DNA of 64,000 nucleotides from Candidatus Latescibacterota bacterium. Lineage in GTDB: Bacteria; Latescibacterota; UBA2968; GCA-2709665. Positions 18,065 through 28,161 of the stretch are shown piece after piece (the first letter of the stretch is position 1; each line of letters starts with the position of its first letter). The position numbers were made by a program, and so were the translations under genes. The DNA lies in contig OZ220733.1 in NCBI GenBank assembly GCA_965116875.1, positions 5,184,001-5,248,000 of the forward strand, given 5' to 3'. The notes beneath the pieces were generated by a model. It was not told the origin of the DNA. It did not search any database and saw nothing but the letters and a program-made list of their open reading frames with translations.

Positions 18065-19153
18065 ATGAACTCCAACCCGCGAATCCTCTTCATCGCCAGG
18101 CGTTATCCACCCTCGGTCGGCGGCATTCAGACCTATGCGAAAGAACTCTACACCAGGCTTTGCCAACATGGTACCGTGACGCTCGTGGCCCTGGGAGAAG
18201 ACTCAATATTTCATCTGGCGTGGTTCATGCCCTACGCGTTCTGCGCCGCCGTTTTTCACATTCTCCGGCACCGTCCCGACGTGGTTTTCTTTATGGACGG
18301 GGTTACGGCTGCCCTGGCCCCGTTTTTGCGCCCCTTCACGCCGGCCCGGTTCACCGTCACCATCCACGGCGCCGAGTTGACGTTCCGGCGCGCGTTCTTC
18401 AGCCACCTGATGCGGGCCGGCGCCCGAGCGTGCGACCGGACCGTTATGGTCAGCCGCGCCACGTCGGCGCTCGCCGTCCGAAACGGTTTGCCGGCGGAAA
18501 AAACGCGCGTCATTTATCAGGGGATCCACGCGGTCATCCCGGCCGGCGAAGCGCATCGAAGCCTGAGAGAACGATTCGAGCGGACGCACGGCCTCAACCT
18601 CCGTGAAAACCCCGTTCTCCTGAACTACGGGCGGCAGGTCCGGCGGAAGGGCGTGGCCGAATTCATCGAGACCGGCGTCCCGTTGATGAGAGATGATATT
18701 CGTCTGTTCATCAGCGGCGGCGGACCGGTGCAGAACGACATCCGCGACGCCGTCGCATCCCTGAACCTTGAGGACCGCGTCTTTGTGCTTGGCTGGCTCG
18801 ACGATCCCACGTTGGCCATGCTTCGACGGGAGGCGCAACTCTTCCTGATGCCCAACATCCACCTTCCCCACGACGCGGAAGGATTCGGCATCGCCCCGCT
18901 CGAGTGCATGTACGCCGGCCTGCCCGTGGTCTATTTCGACGTGGATGCCCTTGGCGAAAGCCTGCGCGACGGCGGCTTCCTTGTCCCGCCCGGCGATTAT
19001 CCCGCCTTTGTGGAACAGATTCACCGGTACCTGGACCTTCCTGATGAAGACAGGGAACGGGAGAGGACGCGCGTCCAGGCGTTTGTGCGGGCCGAGTACT
19101 CCTGGGAGAAGACCACGGCGGAATACATGGATGTGTTTACGGGAAGGGATTGA
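18065..19153 (+). CDS. Glycosyltransferase family 4 (GT-B)
   Basis: YPPSVGGIQ, GRQVRRKG, EGFGIAPLE, YSWE. Confidence 0.9.
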   Translation: MNSNPRILFIARRYPPSVGGIQTYAKELYTRLCQHGTVTLVALGEDSIFHLAWFMPYAFCAAVFHILRHRPDVVFFMDGVTAALAPFLRPFTPARFTVTIHGAELTFRRAFFSHLMRAGARACDRTVMVSRATSALAVRNGLPAEKTRVIYQGIHAVIPAGEAHRSLRERFERTHGLNLRENPVLLNYGRQVRRKGVAEFIETGVPLMRDDIRLFISGGGPVQNDIRDAVASLNLEDRVFVLGWLDDPTLAMLRREAQLFLMPNIHLPHDAEGFGIAPLECMYAGLPVVYFDVDALGESLRDGGFLVPPGDYPAFVEQIHRYLDLPDEDRERERTRVQAFVRAEYSWEKTTAEYMDVFTGRD

Positions 19154-19175
19154 CCGCTTTAAAAAAATCAAACTC

Positions 19176-19878
19176 ACATGGATGGACAGGATGAGCAGGA
19201 TAGAACTGCAAGATCTGGATAAAACCGCCGGAAACGACGCGGAAAAACGGACCTAAAAGGGATACGACACCTACCGGGAGCGAGGGCATCCCTGCCCTCG
19301 ATGGCTGAAATTTGAAGTACTTGCGCCATCATTTCAGTTGCGGTATCTGGTGCGTTGGAAGCAGTCGGCCCTCCATGTAGTAATCTGTCGGATGCGCGGA
19401 GTTCGAGGGCAGGGATGCCCTCGCTCCGGATCCTGGTGGATCATATGCTGATGCGGGGCAAAAACGAAAAATGACAGCGGCAGACAGGAATGTCTGCCCC
19501 ACCCTCACGACGGATTCGGCGACGTTTTGATAAGCTACGGATGTCATTTGTCTTCGTGTCAGGCAGCCGGCATGACGCATGTTTCGATTTATTTAATTTA
19601 CATTGGGTAAATGAAGAGCGAGAGCAATGGGCATAGAAACCAGTGCAACCACGGATAGATGCAGGAACGACGTTTACGGCCCAAGAAACCAGGGCACCCA
19701 CAAGGGGCGCCCCTACACGGAACGGGTATACAATTTTCAACCAGATCGGATGAACGAATGAAATTGTAGGGGCGCCCCTTGTGGGTGCCCTGGTTTCCAA
19801 TCCTGCTTAATCCTGTTAATCCTGGTCGGTTTTGATTCTGTTCCTGGCCTTCATCCTGACTATCCTGTTCATCCATGT
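19176..19878. repeat. Intergenic cluster of four REP-like repeat families
   Basis: Inverted pairs 19176-19201/19853-19878 (22/26), 19277-19300/19404-19427 (24/24), 19685-19717/19765-19797 (33/33, GTAG-type); hairpin GGCAGACA-GGAA-TGTCTGCC at 19479-19498. Confidence 0.85.
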
Positions 19879-19890
19879 AGGTGTGACTCG

Positions 19891-20595
19891 ATGAACAAAA
19901 GCCTTCTGACAAATCTCATATCGCTCGCTGTCGTGGGCGCAGGCGCGGTCAGCCCGGTATACCGGGATCAGATCCTGACCGTAGGCCTGTTCGCGACATC
20001 GGGAGCTCTCACGAACTGGCTGGCCGTACACATGCTCTTCGAAAAGGTGCCCGGCCTGTACGGATCCGGGGTGATCCCCGCGCGTTTCGAGGAGTTCAAG
20101 GCCGGCATTCGAAACCTCATTATGGAACAGTTCTTCACGCGGGAGAAAGTGGAGGAATTCCTCGCCGCGGATTCCCCGGACGAACCCTTCGATCCGGACC
20201 CGGTCGTCGGCGCCGTTGACTACGATCGCATCTATGCCGGTTTCGTCGACGTCGTACTCGCCTCGCCGTTTGGCGGCATGCTCGGCATTGTGGGCGGCGC
20301 CAAAGCGCTCGAACCGCTGCGCGACCCCTTCAAAAACAAGATGAAGGAGGAACTCCGCGACATGCTGCTCTCCCGCTCCTTCAGGGACGCCATGGCATCC
20401 GGCCTGCAGGGCGAGACCGGGGAAGCCCTGGTGGCCAGAGCGGAGACCATTGTCACACGCCGGCTGGAAGAACTCACGCCTCAGATGGTCAAGCAGATCG
20501 TACAGGAAATGATCCGCAAACACCTCGGCTGGCTCGTGGTCTGGGGCGGTGTCTTCGGCGGTTTCCTCGGACTCATCGCCAGTTTCTTCCGGTAA
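19891..20595 (+). CDS. DUF445-like membrane protein
   Basis: SGALTNWLAVHMLFEKVPGLYGSGVIP; HLGWLVVWGGVFGG. Confidence 0.85.
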   Translation: MNKSLLTNLISLAVVGAGAVSPVYRDQILTVGLFATSGALTNWLAVHMLFEKVPGLYGSGVIPARFEEFKAGIRNLIMEQFFTREKVEEFLAADSPDEPFDPDPVVGAVDYDRIYAGFVDVVLASPFGGMLGIVGGAKALEPLRDPFKNKMKEELRDMLLSRSFRDAMASGLQGETGEALVARAETIVTRRLEELTPQMVKQIVQEMIRKHLGWLVVWGGVFGGFLGLIASFFR

Positions 20596-20599
20596 TCCG

Positions 20600-22396
20600 A
20601 TGCTTGTCTACGACGGCAACTGCGGCTTCTGCACGCAATGGGTGGACCGCATTCGCGCCGCCACCGGCGACCGCGTCGAATTCGCGCCGTCGCAGGAGGT
20701 CGGCCACCGGTTTCCTCAGATATCCCCTGAGCAATTTGAAAACGCCGTCCAGTGGATCGGTCCGGACGGCGACGTCTACAGCGGCGCCAAAGCCGCACTG
20801 TGCGTACTCGCGTTTACCGGGCCAGTAGGCAAGTCGCTGTGGTGGGCCTACCGCCGCCTGCCCGGGTTCGCGGGCGCCGCGGAAGCCGCATACCGGTTGG
20901 TTGCCCGCAACCGGACAACGGTGTCCACGGTCAGCCGATGGCTCTGGGGACAGGACCTCCGCCGGCCCACGTATCGGACTTCCGCCGACCTGTTCCTGCG
21001 CGCCCTGGCCGCGATCTATCTGATCGCGTTTCTGTCGTTCTGGGTGCAGGCGCACGGCCTTATCGGCGCACAGGGCATCCTGCCGATCGAGGAATCCGTT
21101 CGACTGGCCGCGGAAAAGGACCACCCGCTCCGGTTCCCCACCCTGTTCTGGTTCAGTCAGAGCGATACGTCTATTCACGTCCTATGTGGCGCCGGAACGC
21201 TGCTCGCCGGCGTGGCCGCGATCGTTCCGGCTTGCGGGCTGTTCTTCCTGCTCCTGTGGGTGGGATATCTCTCCATTGTCACCGCCGGCGGCCCCTTTCT
21301 GTCGTTTCAGTGGGACGTCCTACTCCTCGAAGCCGGTCTGGTAGCCGTGTTTCTGGCGCCCTGGAGACTTCCAACGACGCGAGAAGCCGTCGCGCCGTCG
21401 AGACTTGTGGCCTGGCTCTATCGCTGGCTGCTGTTTCGCTTCATGTTCGCCTCCGGCGTGGTCAAACTCACCAGCGGCGATCCGACCTGGCGGGACCTGA
21501 GCGCACTCACCTATCACTACCAGACACAGCCCCTTCCAAATCCGCTGGCCTGGTACGCCCATCATCTGCCGGAAGGCGTCCACGTCGTTTCCGTATCCCT
21601 CATGTTCGCCATCGAACTGGCGGCGCCCTTCTTCATCTTCGCACCCAGGCGCCCCCGGATTGCGGCATGTGCGGTACTTGTCGCCCTGCAATTCGGGATT
21701 GCGCTTACCGGCAACTATACGTTCTTCAATCTGCTTGCGGCGGCGCTTTGCCTGTGGCTGATCGACGACGCGACCTGGCCGAAACGGCTCAGATTTTCGT
21801 CCGGTCGCGAACGTGGACACCCGGCGTCAATGCAAAGGCTGGCAGCCGTGCCCCTCGCCGCCGTGGTCGTAATCCTGAGCCTCGTGTACCTCTGCAGCTT
21901 CAGCCTGCGCCTGAAGGTGCCGTGGCCCCATCCCGTGGTCGCTCTCAACCGCGCCGTGGCCCCTTACAATATCGTGAACACCTACGGGCTGTTCCAGGTG
22001 ATGACCACGCGGCGGCCGGAAATCATCCTCGAAGGCAGCAGGGACGGCAACACCTGGCTGCCGTACGAATTCCGCTACAAACCGGGCGCTCCGGAAGGAC
22101 GGCCCCCGGTTGTGGCGCCGCACCAGCCCCGCCTGGACTGGCAGATGTGGTTCGCCGCCCTCGGCCACTACCGGCAGAGTCCATGGATCGTCCCCCTCTG
22201 TCGACGACTCCTTGAAGGATCCCCGCCGGTTACCGGCCTGTTCGCCCGGAACCCGTTTCCGGAACATCCCCCGCGATACCTGCGGGGACAGTTGTACGAC
22301 TATCGATTCACGACCCCGGACGAAAAACGCCGGACGGGCGACTGGTGGATACGTACCTATCAGGAGACCTATCTGTCGAAGATTCAGCTGGAGTAG
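20600..22396 (+). CDS. DCC/DUF393 thiol-disulfide oxidoreductase-like domain fused to a lipase maturation factor family protein
   Basis: VYDGNCGFC; FQWDVLLLEAG, SGVVKL.SGD..W, YHYQTQPLP, PHQPRLDWQMWFAAL. Confidence 0.88.
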   Translation: MLVYDGNCGFCTQWVDRIRAATGDRVEFAPSQEVGHRFPQISPEQFENAVQWIGPDGDVYSGAKAALCVLAFTGPVGKSLWWAYRRLPGFAGAAEAAYRLVARNRTTVSTVSRWLWGQDLRRPTYRTSADLFLRALAAIYLIAFLSFWVQAHGLIGAQGILPIEESVRLAAEKDHPLRFPTLFWFSQSDTSIHVLCGAGTLLAGVAAIVPACGLFFLLLWVGYLSIVTAGGPFLSFQWDVLLLEAGLVAVFLAPWRLPTTREAVAPSRLVAWLYRWLLFRFMFASGVVKLTSGDPTWRDLSALTYHYQTQPLPNPLAWYAHHLPEGVHVVSVSLMFAIELAAPFFIFAPRRPRIAACAVLVALQFGIALTGNYTFFNLLAAALCLWLIDDATWPKRLRFSSGRERGHPASMQRLAAVPLAAVVVILSLVYLCSFSLRLKVPWPHPVVALNRAVAPYNIVNTYGLFQVMTTRRPEIILEGSRDGNTWLPYEFRYKPGAPEGRPPVVAPHQPRLDWQMWFAALGHYRQSPWIVPLCRRLLEGSPPVTGLFARNPFPEHPPRYLRGQLYDYRFTTPDEKRRTGDWWIRTYQETYLSKIQLE

Positions 22397-22505
22397 CCGG
22401 AAGGGATACCAGGTGGGTTCGGGCGAGGCGCCGGATTGCCGCCGGCTCACGGGAACGCGAGAAATCCGGGCGGTTTCCGCATCCTGGCGTGCCTGCGGAC
22501 AGTGT

Positions 22506-23462
22506 TCATGTCCTGAGCGCGTTTTTGACCACGGCCGCAATTTCGGGATATTGATGCGGCGTTTCCAGGCTGCACAGGACCACGTGGTCTTCGACGTACC
22601 TGCCCGCGATTTCAAACTCCGCACGCACGCGATCGGGAAAACGCACCAGGTACGGATCGGAATAGAGCCCGATAAACGGAACGAACGTGTTCCGATTCGC
22701 GTCCTCGAGCCGCTTCATCTCAGCGGTCTCGAATTCAACGCGCTCCAGGCTCCAGCGAGGCGGATAGAACCAGGAAATCGTTTGCGTACAGAAATCCAGC
22801 CGCAGCCTGTTTCCGTAGTACTCGTTGGGGTGGAATGGCGGCCACACGTGGTTGGTTACAATCGCATCCGGTTTGACCGTCTTCGCGTGTTCGTACAAGA
22901 CTTCGGATATCCTGACCAGGCTCGCCTCAGACATCCGTGCAAGCAGTTGGGGTTCGTGCGCCTCGGGCTGTTCGGCGGCCATCGTCTTCCGGATGGCCGC
23001 GCATCGATCGCAGAAACACCCATAGTGGTTTCTGAAGCCGAAACCGTCGAACGAAACGCCGTCCGCGACGTCCAGCGCCCGGCTCACCCGTTCCTTCAGG
23101 AACGACCTCGAAGCCTCGTGCTCGAAGCACAGCGTGGCGCCGTCCTGCACGATGGAAAACCACCGGTGCGACAAAAGCTGGAAGTTGGCTGGGCCCCCCT
23201 CGTGTCCGGCGCGGACGATCTCGTCCTCGGCGGGGAGCAGCCGCTGCAAACATTCCGGATGGGCCGCGGCGAACGCGTCTGAAGGCCGCGCATACACGAT
23301 CGCGACGATTCTGACGCCCAACGCCTCGCCGCGCCGCGCCATCACCTCGGAAGGGTCCCGCACGATCAGGGTATCGAAGCCCAGATCGCTGGCGAATTCC
23401 ACGATCTCCCGCTGTTGTGTCTCCGTTTCAACGGGCAGGTGCCAATCCCACGCCGCCTTCAT
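22506..23462 (-). CDS. Hypothetical protein, possibly a glycoside-hydrolase-like TIM barrel
   Basis: Clean 318 aa ORF; LGFDTLIV, LCFEH, ADGVSFDGFG, GCFCDRC. Confidence 0.6.
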   Translation of the reverse strand: MKAAWDWHLPVETETQQREIVEFASDLGFDTLIVRDPSEVMARRGEALGVRIVAIVYARPSDAFAAAHPECLQRLLPAEDEIVRAGHEGGPANFQLLSHRWFSIVQDGATLCFEHEASRSFLKERVSRALDVADGVSFDGFGFRNHYGCFCDRCAAIRKTMAAEQPEAHEPQLLARMSEASLVRISEVLYEHAKTVKPDAIVTNHVWPPFHPNEYYGNRLRLDFCTQTISWFYPPRWSLERVEFETAEMKRLEDANRNTFVPFIGLYSDPYLVRFPDRVRAEFEIAGRYVEDHVVLCSLETPHQYPEIAAVVKNALRT

Positions 23463-23570
23463 GTTTTCACCCCGTAAAATCCCGCGCTGTTGTTCCGTCC
23501 GAGAAATTCCTTATCGTACATACGGCGATTCATCCCATCTTGTTGTGTTCTCTTCGCCTGGCGAAACGTG

Positions 23571-23714
23571 GTCATTGAGCATGCCTGCATTGAGCTTGTC
23601 GAAATGTCGAAATGCACGCGTTTCGTATTTCGTCCGGTACTCTTCCCCGCCGTTCGACGACCCTTCGACCCTTCGACAGGCTCAGGGACCGCAAGCTCAG
23701 GGAGCGGCTCAGGG
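23571..23714. repeat. Nested REP-like repeats (TGAGC..GTCGAA / TTCGAC..GCTCAGGG family)
   Basis: CATTGAGC x2 then TCGAAATG x2; TTCGAC x3 then GCTCAGGG x3. Confidence 0.75.
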
Positions 23715-23739
23715 CTCACGCGCGGGTTCCTGAGCCTTC

Positions 23740-24909
23740 CTAAGGCGCCGCCTTCCCGATCGCATCCGCCATCTTTCGAACCCGGGCCTGCGTATTGTCG
23801 GGATGCATCGGGATCAACACGGTCCGGCTCAAGATGTCCAGGGAATCGCTGCACATATCCATAGTGTAGGTCACATTCAGCTTCCGGTTCGACGGGAAGT
23901 TGTAGGGATTCATGTCCGGATGATGCGCCCCCTGTTTTCTCATGACCGGGTCCCACCGGGTATAGACGTGCCGCCCGGTATCGATGGGCAGAAATCCGCG
24001 CACGCCATTTCCGCCAAGACCGTCCGCGAAAGCCCTCGCCGATTCCTCTTTCGGAAAGATGAAACCCAGATTGCTGGCGCATTCATACGCCAGGCTGTTG
24101 TTGATGATGGAGGTCAGGCCCGCGGTCCTGCCGGCCTCCAGCAATTGTCGTTTATGGGCGCCCATCTTCTCCAGCATCCCGTCGAGGCGCCGCAACTGCG
24201 CGTTCAGAATGGCGCCCGAGACTTCCGGGGCCCTGAAATTCTGCCCGGCGAACTGCTCATCCTCTTTCTTCTGATCCGGATTCCAGTAGAACGAGCAGCA
24301 ATCCGACGCCACGGAGCCCCGTCCGAAGACCGCCTTGTTGCCGGTGACGAACGCCCCTCCCTCGCCGCTGGAGATATTCTTGTAGAAGTTGAAACTGAAG
24401 GCGCCCGCGTGCCCGATCGATCCCAGCATCCTTCCTTCGTACGCGCCGCCCACCGCCTGGCATGCGTCCTCGAGTATGAGCAGCTTGTGCCTGCGCGCAA
24501 CGCGCATCAGCGCCTTCATGTTGCACGGCAGACCCCACATATGTACGGGAATGATCGCCTTTGTATTGGGCGACAGCCTGCGTTCCACGTCTTCCGCCGA
24601 GAGCGTGATCGACTCGTCCACGTCGGCAACAACGGGTATGGCGCCGGCCGACAGTACCGCCAGCGCAGTGGCCATATAGGTACATGCCGGGACGATGACT
24701 TCATCGCCGGGACCCACCTTCAGTCCCACCAGCGCGCAATACAACGCGGACGTCCCGCTGGTTGTCATCCTGGCGTACTTCACGCCCAGGTGCTTCGCCC
24801 AACTCGCCTCGAACCGCTCGCACTCTCCCGTCCGTCCGTACCGAAAGAGGCCTCCGTCTCTGAACAATTTCTCAACACGCCTCAGCTCAAGGTCGCCGAT
24901 GCGATACAT
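23740..24909 (-). CDS. DegT/DnrJ/EryC1/StrS family PLP aminotransferase
   Basis: TSGTSAL, VGPGDEVIVP, EDACQA, FSFNFYKNISSGEGG. Confidence 0.92.
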   Translation of the reverse strand: MYRIGDLELRRVEKLFRDGGLFRYGRTGECERFEASWAKHLGVKYARMTTSGTSALYCALVGLKVGPGDEVIVPACTYMATALAVLSAGAIPVVADVDESITLSAEDVERRLSPNTKAIIPVHMWGLPCNMKALMRVARRHKLLILEDACQAVGGAYEGRMLGSIGHAGAFSFNFYKNISSGEGGAFVTGNKAVFGRGSVASDCCSFYWNPDQKKEDEQFAGQNFRAPEVSGAILNAQLRRLDGMLEKMGAHKRQLLEAGRTAGLTSIINNSLAYECASNLGFIFPKEESARAFADGLGGNGVRGFLPIDTGRHVYTRWDPVMRKQGAHHPDMNPYNFPSNRKLNVTYTMDMCSDSLDILSRTVLIPMHPDNTQARVRKMADAIGKAAP

Positions 24910-24927
24910 GGCACCCCCCGCTTCGAT

Positions 24928-25557
24928 TTACGCGCCGCTTTCCCGCGCCTGCAGTTGCCTGAACGCATACGCGTACGCCAGGAGCGTCGCAGGTACGGTA
25001 AGCAACAGTCCAACCACCAGACAAAGGAAACCGGCGACATTGATCAGCACCGTGAGCAGACCGAAAAGAAACAGGCGCCACCTCGCGCCCCTGGTCGTTG
25101 CGGCGCTTTGGCGAAGCGACACAACCACGCCGGCGCCGTCGTCCACGATGTGATAGGCATAAAACAGAAACAGTATCATTAGGAAGATTCCCGGCACGAT
25201 CAGCAGAGCCAGGCCGACAAGCACCATCAGTGTCGCGAGAAGGGTCGCGATAAAGTACGTGGGCGCCAATGGATAATGGATGAAGAGATCCGTGACGCGC
25301 GCCGTACGACCGTCGGCGAAACGCAGGGAAATCGCTGCCAACCCGACGTCCATGATCATGCCGGCAACCAATGCGACGATACCGGCGACGAACGCCCAAC
25401 CCTCCGAGTATGCATTCACCTTGTAGACTGCGCCATTCAGGCCCACAGTGATGGCCAGGTACAGAAACCCGATGCTGAGAAAATACCCCAGATTGTCCAA
25501 TGTTGTCCGCCAACCGAAGCGGAGCGCCCCGGCAATGGAGAACCCGTGTGCATTCAT
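24928..25557 (-). CDS. Integral membrane protein
   Basis: About five hydrophobic segments; GLALLIVPGI, SLRQSAATTRG; start trimmed to ATG 25557. Confidence 0.75.
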   Translation of the reverse strand: MNAHGFSIAGALRFGWRTTLDNLGYFLSIGFLYLAITVGLNGAVYKVNAYSEGWAFVAGIVALVAGMIMDVGLAAISLRFADGRTARVTDLFIHYPLAPTYFIATLLATLMVLVGLALLIVPGIFLMILFLFYAYHIVDDGAGVVVSLRQSAATTRGARWRLFLFGLLTVLINVAGFLCLVVGLLLTVPATLLAYAYAFRQLQARESGA

Positions 25558-25627
25558 AGCCGCCAACCGTTTCGCAGACAAGGGAATCCTGCATCGATAC
25601 CGGCGAGACAGGGGTTGTACTTTCCGG

Positions 25628-26830
25628 CTAAGGCGCGGCCACCGGCTGACCGGGTCGATCGTGTTTCGCGATTCCGTTCTCCAAACACCGGGAATCCATC
25701 CCCGCATCCATCAACATGCGCGCCTTGGTCATGCATTCCTCGTACTCGATCCCGGCGCTGGAATCGTGAGTCACCCCGCTGCCCACGCCGAATTCCGCCA
25801 GCGCCTTCTCCCGGTCCACAGCAACCGTGCGGATGGCAACGTTGAACTGGGCCTCGGGGCCGGGAGACACGTACCCGATGCTGCCGGCATAGACCCCGCG
25901 CGGGAAATCCTCCAACTCAGAGATGATCTCCATGGTCCGCACCTTCGGCGCGCCGGTAACGGAGCCGCACGGAAAGGCCGCTCTGAGGACGTCTGAAACT
26001 CCGACTCCCTTACGGAGACGGGACCGGACGGTGGAGGTCATCTGCAGCACCGTCTCATACCGCTCCACCTCCCACAGCTTTGGTGTCTGCACGCTGCCGG
26101 TTGCGGAAATCCGTCCCAGATCATTGCGAATCATATCCACGATCATCACGTTCTCCGCCCGATCTTTAGGGGACGTTTTCAAGTCGTCGAACAAAGACCG
26201 GTCCTCCTCCGGGCATCTGCCGCGACGCCGTGTCCCCTTCATCGGGCGTGCCGTGAGTTCACCCGACTTCAAACGGAAAAACAGCTCGGGGGACGCCGAC
26301 AGAACCTGAAAACGTCCGGTGTCCACGTATGCGGAATACGCCGTGCGTTGCAAGCGGCACAGGTCCGAATAGAAGGCTTCGGCGTCTCCTTCGAAATCCG
26401 CCCGCATCCGATACGTGAAATTGACCTGATACGTATCGCCCGCCGCGATATAGCCGCGGATACTGTCCACCACGTCTTCGTACTCCGCTTTGCCGATGGA
26501 AGGACGCCATCCGGAAACCGAATACGCGCGACCCGGGCGGGAACGGTCCTGCTTTGCGGGAATCCGCCTTTCAAACAGCCCGAACCAGACGAGCGGTATT
26601 TCACCGGACTGCCGCGTCTTCAGCGCGGGATCCAGTCCGGCCGCCGCTTCGTACGCAATGTATCCCGCGGCATGCAGTCCGCGGGATACGGCACGGTCCA
26701 CTTCCTTCAGCGCCGCATACACTGTCGCCGGATTGTGGGCGACGACCTGATCGACGCATCCGGAAAAGGCGTAGGATACGCCATGATGATCGGTACGTTT
26801 ACATTCAAGCAGGACCGCGGGTTCATTCAT
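25628..26830 (-). CDS. pabB: Aminodeoxychorismate synthase component I
   Basis: GDTYQVN, SASPELF, PMKGT, KDRAENVMIVDMIRNDL, FPCGSVTGAPK, FNVAIRT. Confidence 0.9.
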   Translation of the reverse strand: MNEPAVLLECKRTDHHGVSYAFSGCVDQVVAHNPATVYAALKEVDRAVSRGLHAAGYIAYEAAAGLDPALKTRQSGEIPLVWFGLFERRIPAKQDRSRPGRAYSVSGWRPSIGKAEYEDVVDSIRGYIAAGDTYQVNFTYRMRADFEGDAEAFYSDLCRLQRTAYSAYVDTGRFQVLSASPELFFRLKSGELTARPMKGTRRRGRCPEEDRSLFDDLKTSPKDRAENVMIVDMIRNDLGRISATGSVQTPKLWEVERYETVLQMTSTVRSRLRKGVGVSDVLRAAFPCGSVTGAPKVRTMEIISELEDFPRGVYAGSIGYVSPGPEAQFNVAIRTVAVDREKALAEFGVGSGVTHDSSAGIEYEECMTKARMLMDAGMDSRCLENGIAKHDRPGQPVAAP

Positions 26831-26864
26831 TTGCAGCCTGGCGCGTTTGATACCGTGTTGACCG

Positions 26865-27674
26865 TCAATTCTTCACCCAGTTTCCGTACACGTCCACCTC
26901 CACCCCCTCCACCCTGGGCCGGACGCCCTTGACAATAAAGCCGGGCCTCCCCATGCCCTGCCCGCCTTCCTGCCGGTTTCGGGGATCTCTGAATCCGAGC
27001 CTCACCAGCCGCCGCCAGTTTCCGCTGTGGTTGACCGCTGATCCATGAATGGTCCACAGGTAGAACAGGACGACGTCACCGGCCCTGGCCGGGACCGAAA
27101 CGGCATCCTGAAGCCGGTACCGGTCCGTGGGCAGGTGGGGCGCTGTGCCGGCGCCCGTAATATGCTCAAGCTTGCCGAGCCGGTGCGATCCCTTGAGGAA
27201 CTTGATGCATCCGCTGGTTTCGTCGGCGTCGTCCAGATGCACCAGGCAATCCGCGTACCGTCCGTCTTCGTGCGGAAAGAACGGCAGATCCTGATGCATG
27301 GGAAACGGCGCCCCCTTGTCCGGCGGCTTCGCGTGCAGCGTGACATGGTGTAATTCAACCGCCTCGGATCCCAGGAGATCGCCTACGGCGGCGCCCAATT
27401 CCCGTTTCGTGATTGCGCGAGACCAGGCCGCGGAATAATGCTGCAACTCATGGATGGCCACCAGCGTTGCCGCCGCGTCCTCCTCTTCGTCCATATATTC
27501 CTTCCGCCAGGGACCCTTCCAGGCCGAGTCCCAGTTCGCGAACTCCGTCATGATGTAATCCAGTTCGTCGCCCATCTCCCGGACTTCCCCTGAAGAGAAC
27601 ATGCCCTCTAGACGGATGTATCCGTTTTCACGAAAAAAGGCGACCTGCTCGTCACTCAACGTCTCCATATCCAT
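26865..27674 (-). CDS. Phytanoyl-CoA dioxygenase (PhyH) family protein
   Basis: FFRENGY, PMHQD, GCIKFLKGSH, TIHGS. Confidence 0.9.
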   Translation of the reverse strand: MDMETLSDEQVAFFRENGYIRLEGMFSSGEVREMGDELDYIMTEFANWDSAWKGPWRKEYMDEEEDAAATLVAIHELQHYSAAWSRAITKRELGAAVGDLLGSEAVELHHVTLHAKPPDKGAPFPMHQDLPFFPHEDGRYADCLVHLDDADETSGCIKFLKGSHRLGKLEHITGAGTAPHLPTDRYRLQDAVSVPARAGDVVLFYLWTIHGSAVNHSGNWRRLVRLGFRDPRNRQEGGQGMGRPGFIVKGVRPRVEGVEVDVYGNWVKN

Positions 27675-27704
27675 AAACCTCCCAATGATAACCGCGCGCC
27701 GCGT

Positions 27705-28085
27705 CTATCTGCCGCCGATCACGATGAGGAACGCGCTGTCTTCCATGGCCGTCACCGCGTGGCGGAGGTTCGCCGTAAACGAAACGGCCGAACCGGGTTC
27801 CAGCGGCATCTCCTCGGCGCCGGCCGATATTCGGATTCGACCACTCAGAAGAACAACCGTGGCCGGACCCGGGGCCCGGTGTTCGTGCAGTGCCGCGCCC
27901 GCCTTCATTACGGTCAGGACCACGGTCATCTCATCCCCGCGAACCAGCGAAAGCGCGTTCCGGCCCGATTCATCAAAGGGGCCCTCCGCCATCAGCTGTT
28001 CGGCCATGGCGTGTAACGGAAAGGACTCGATCCACGACTTGCTGAAGTTCAGGGGTTTATAGGGTCGCTCGAAAGCCTTATCCAT
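27705..28085 (-). CDS. Cupin domain protein
   Basis: LHEHRAPG, LLSGRI, NLRHAVTA. Confidence 0.85.
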   Translation of the reverse strand: MDKAFERPYKPLNFSKSWIESFPLHAMAEQLMAEGPFDESGRNALSLVRGDEMTVVLTVMKAGAALHEHRAPGPATVVLLSGRIRISAGAEEMPLEPGSAVSFTANLRHAVTAMEDSAFLIVIGGR

Positions 28086-28161
28086 TGCGTGAGCTCCTCT
28101 TCGAGGCCGCAAGTATGAAAACCGGGTTTTCGTGTGTCCGCATCCCGGTATGAATAGCGGA

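Noticed and set aside
19176-19878. CRISPR array or integron attC array
   Set aside because: The repeats are inverted pairs from different families, not regularly spaced direct repeats; no cas or intI gene in the window.
25557-25700. Frameshifted PabC domain after pabB
   Set aside because: No class IV aminotransferase motifs seen; the next gene starts about 70 nt after the stop.
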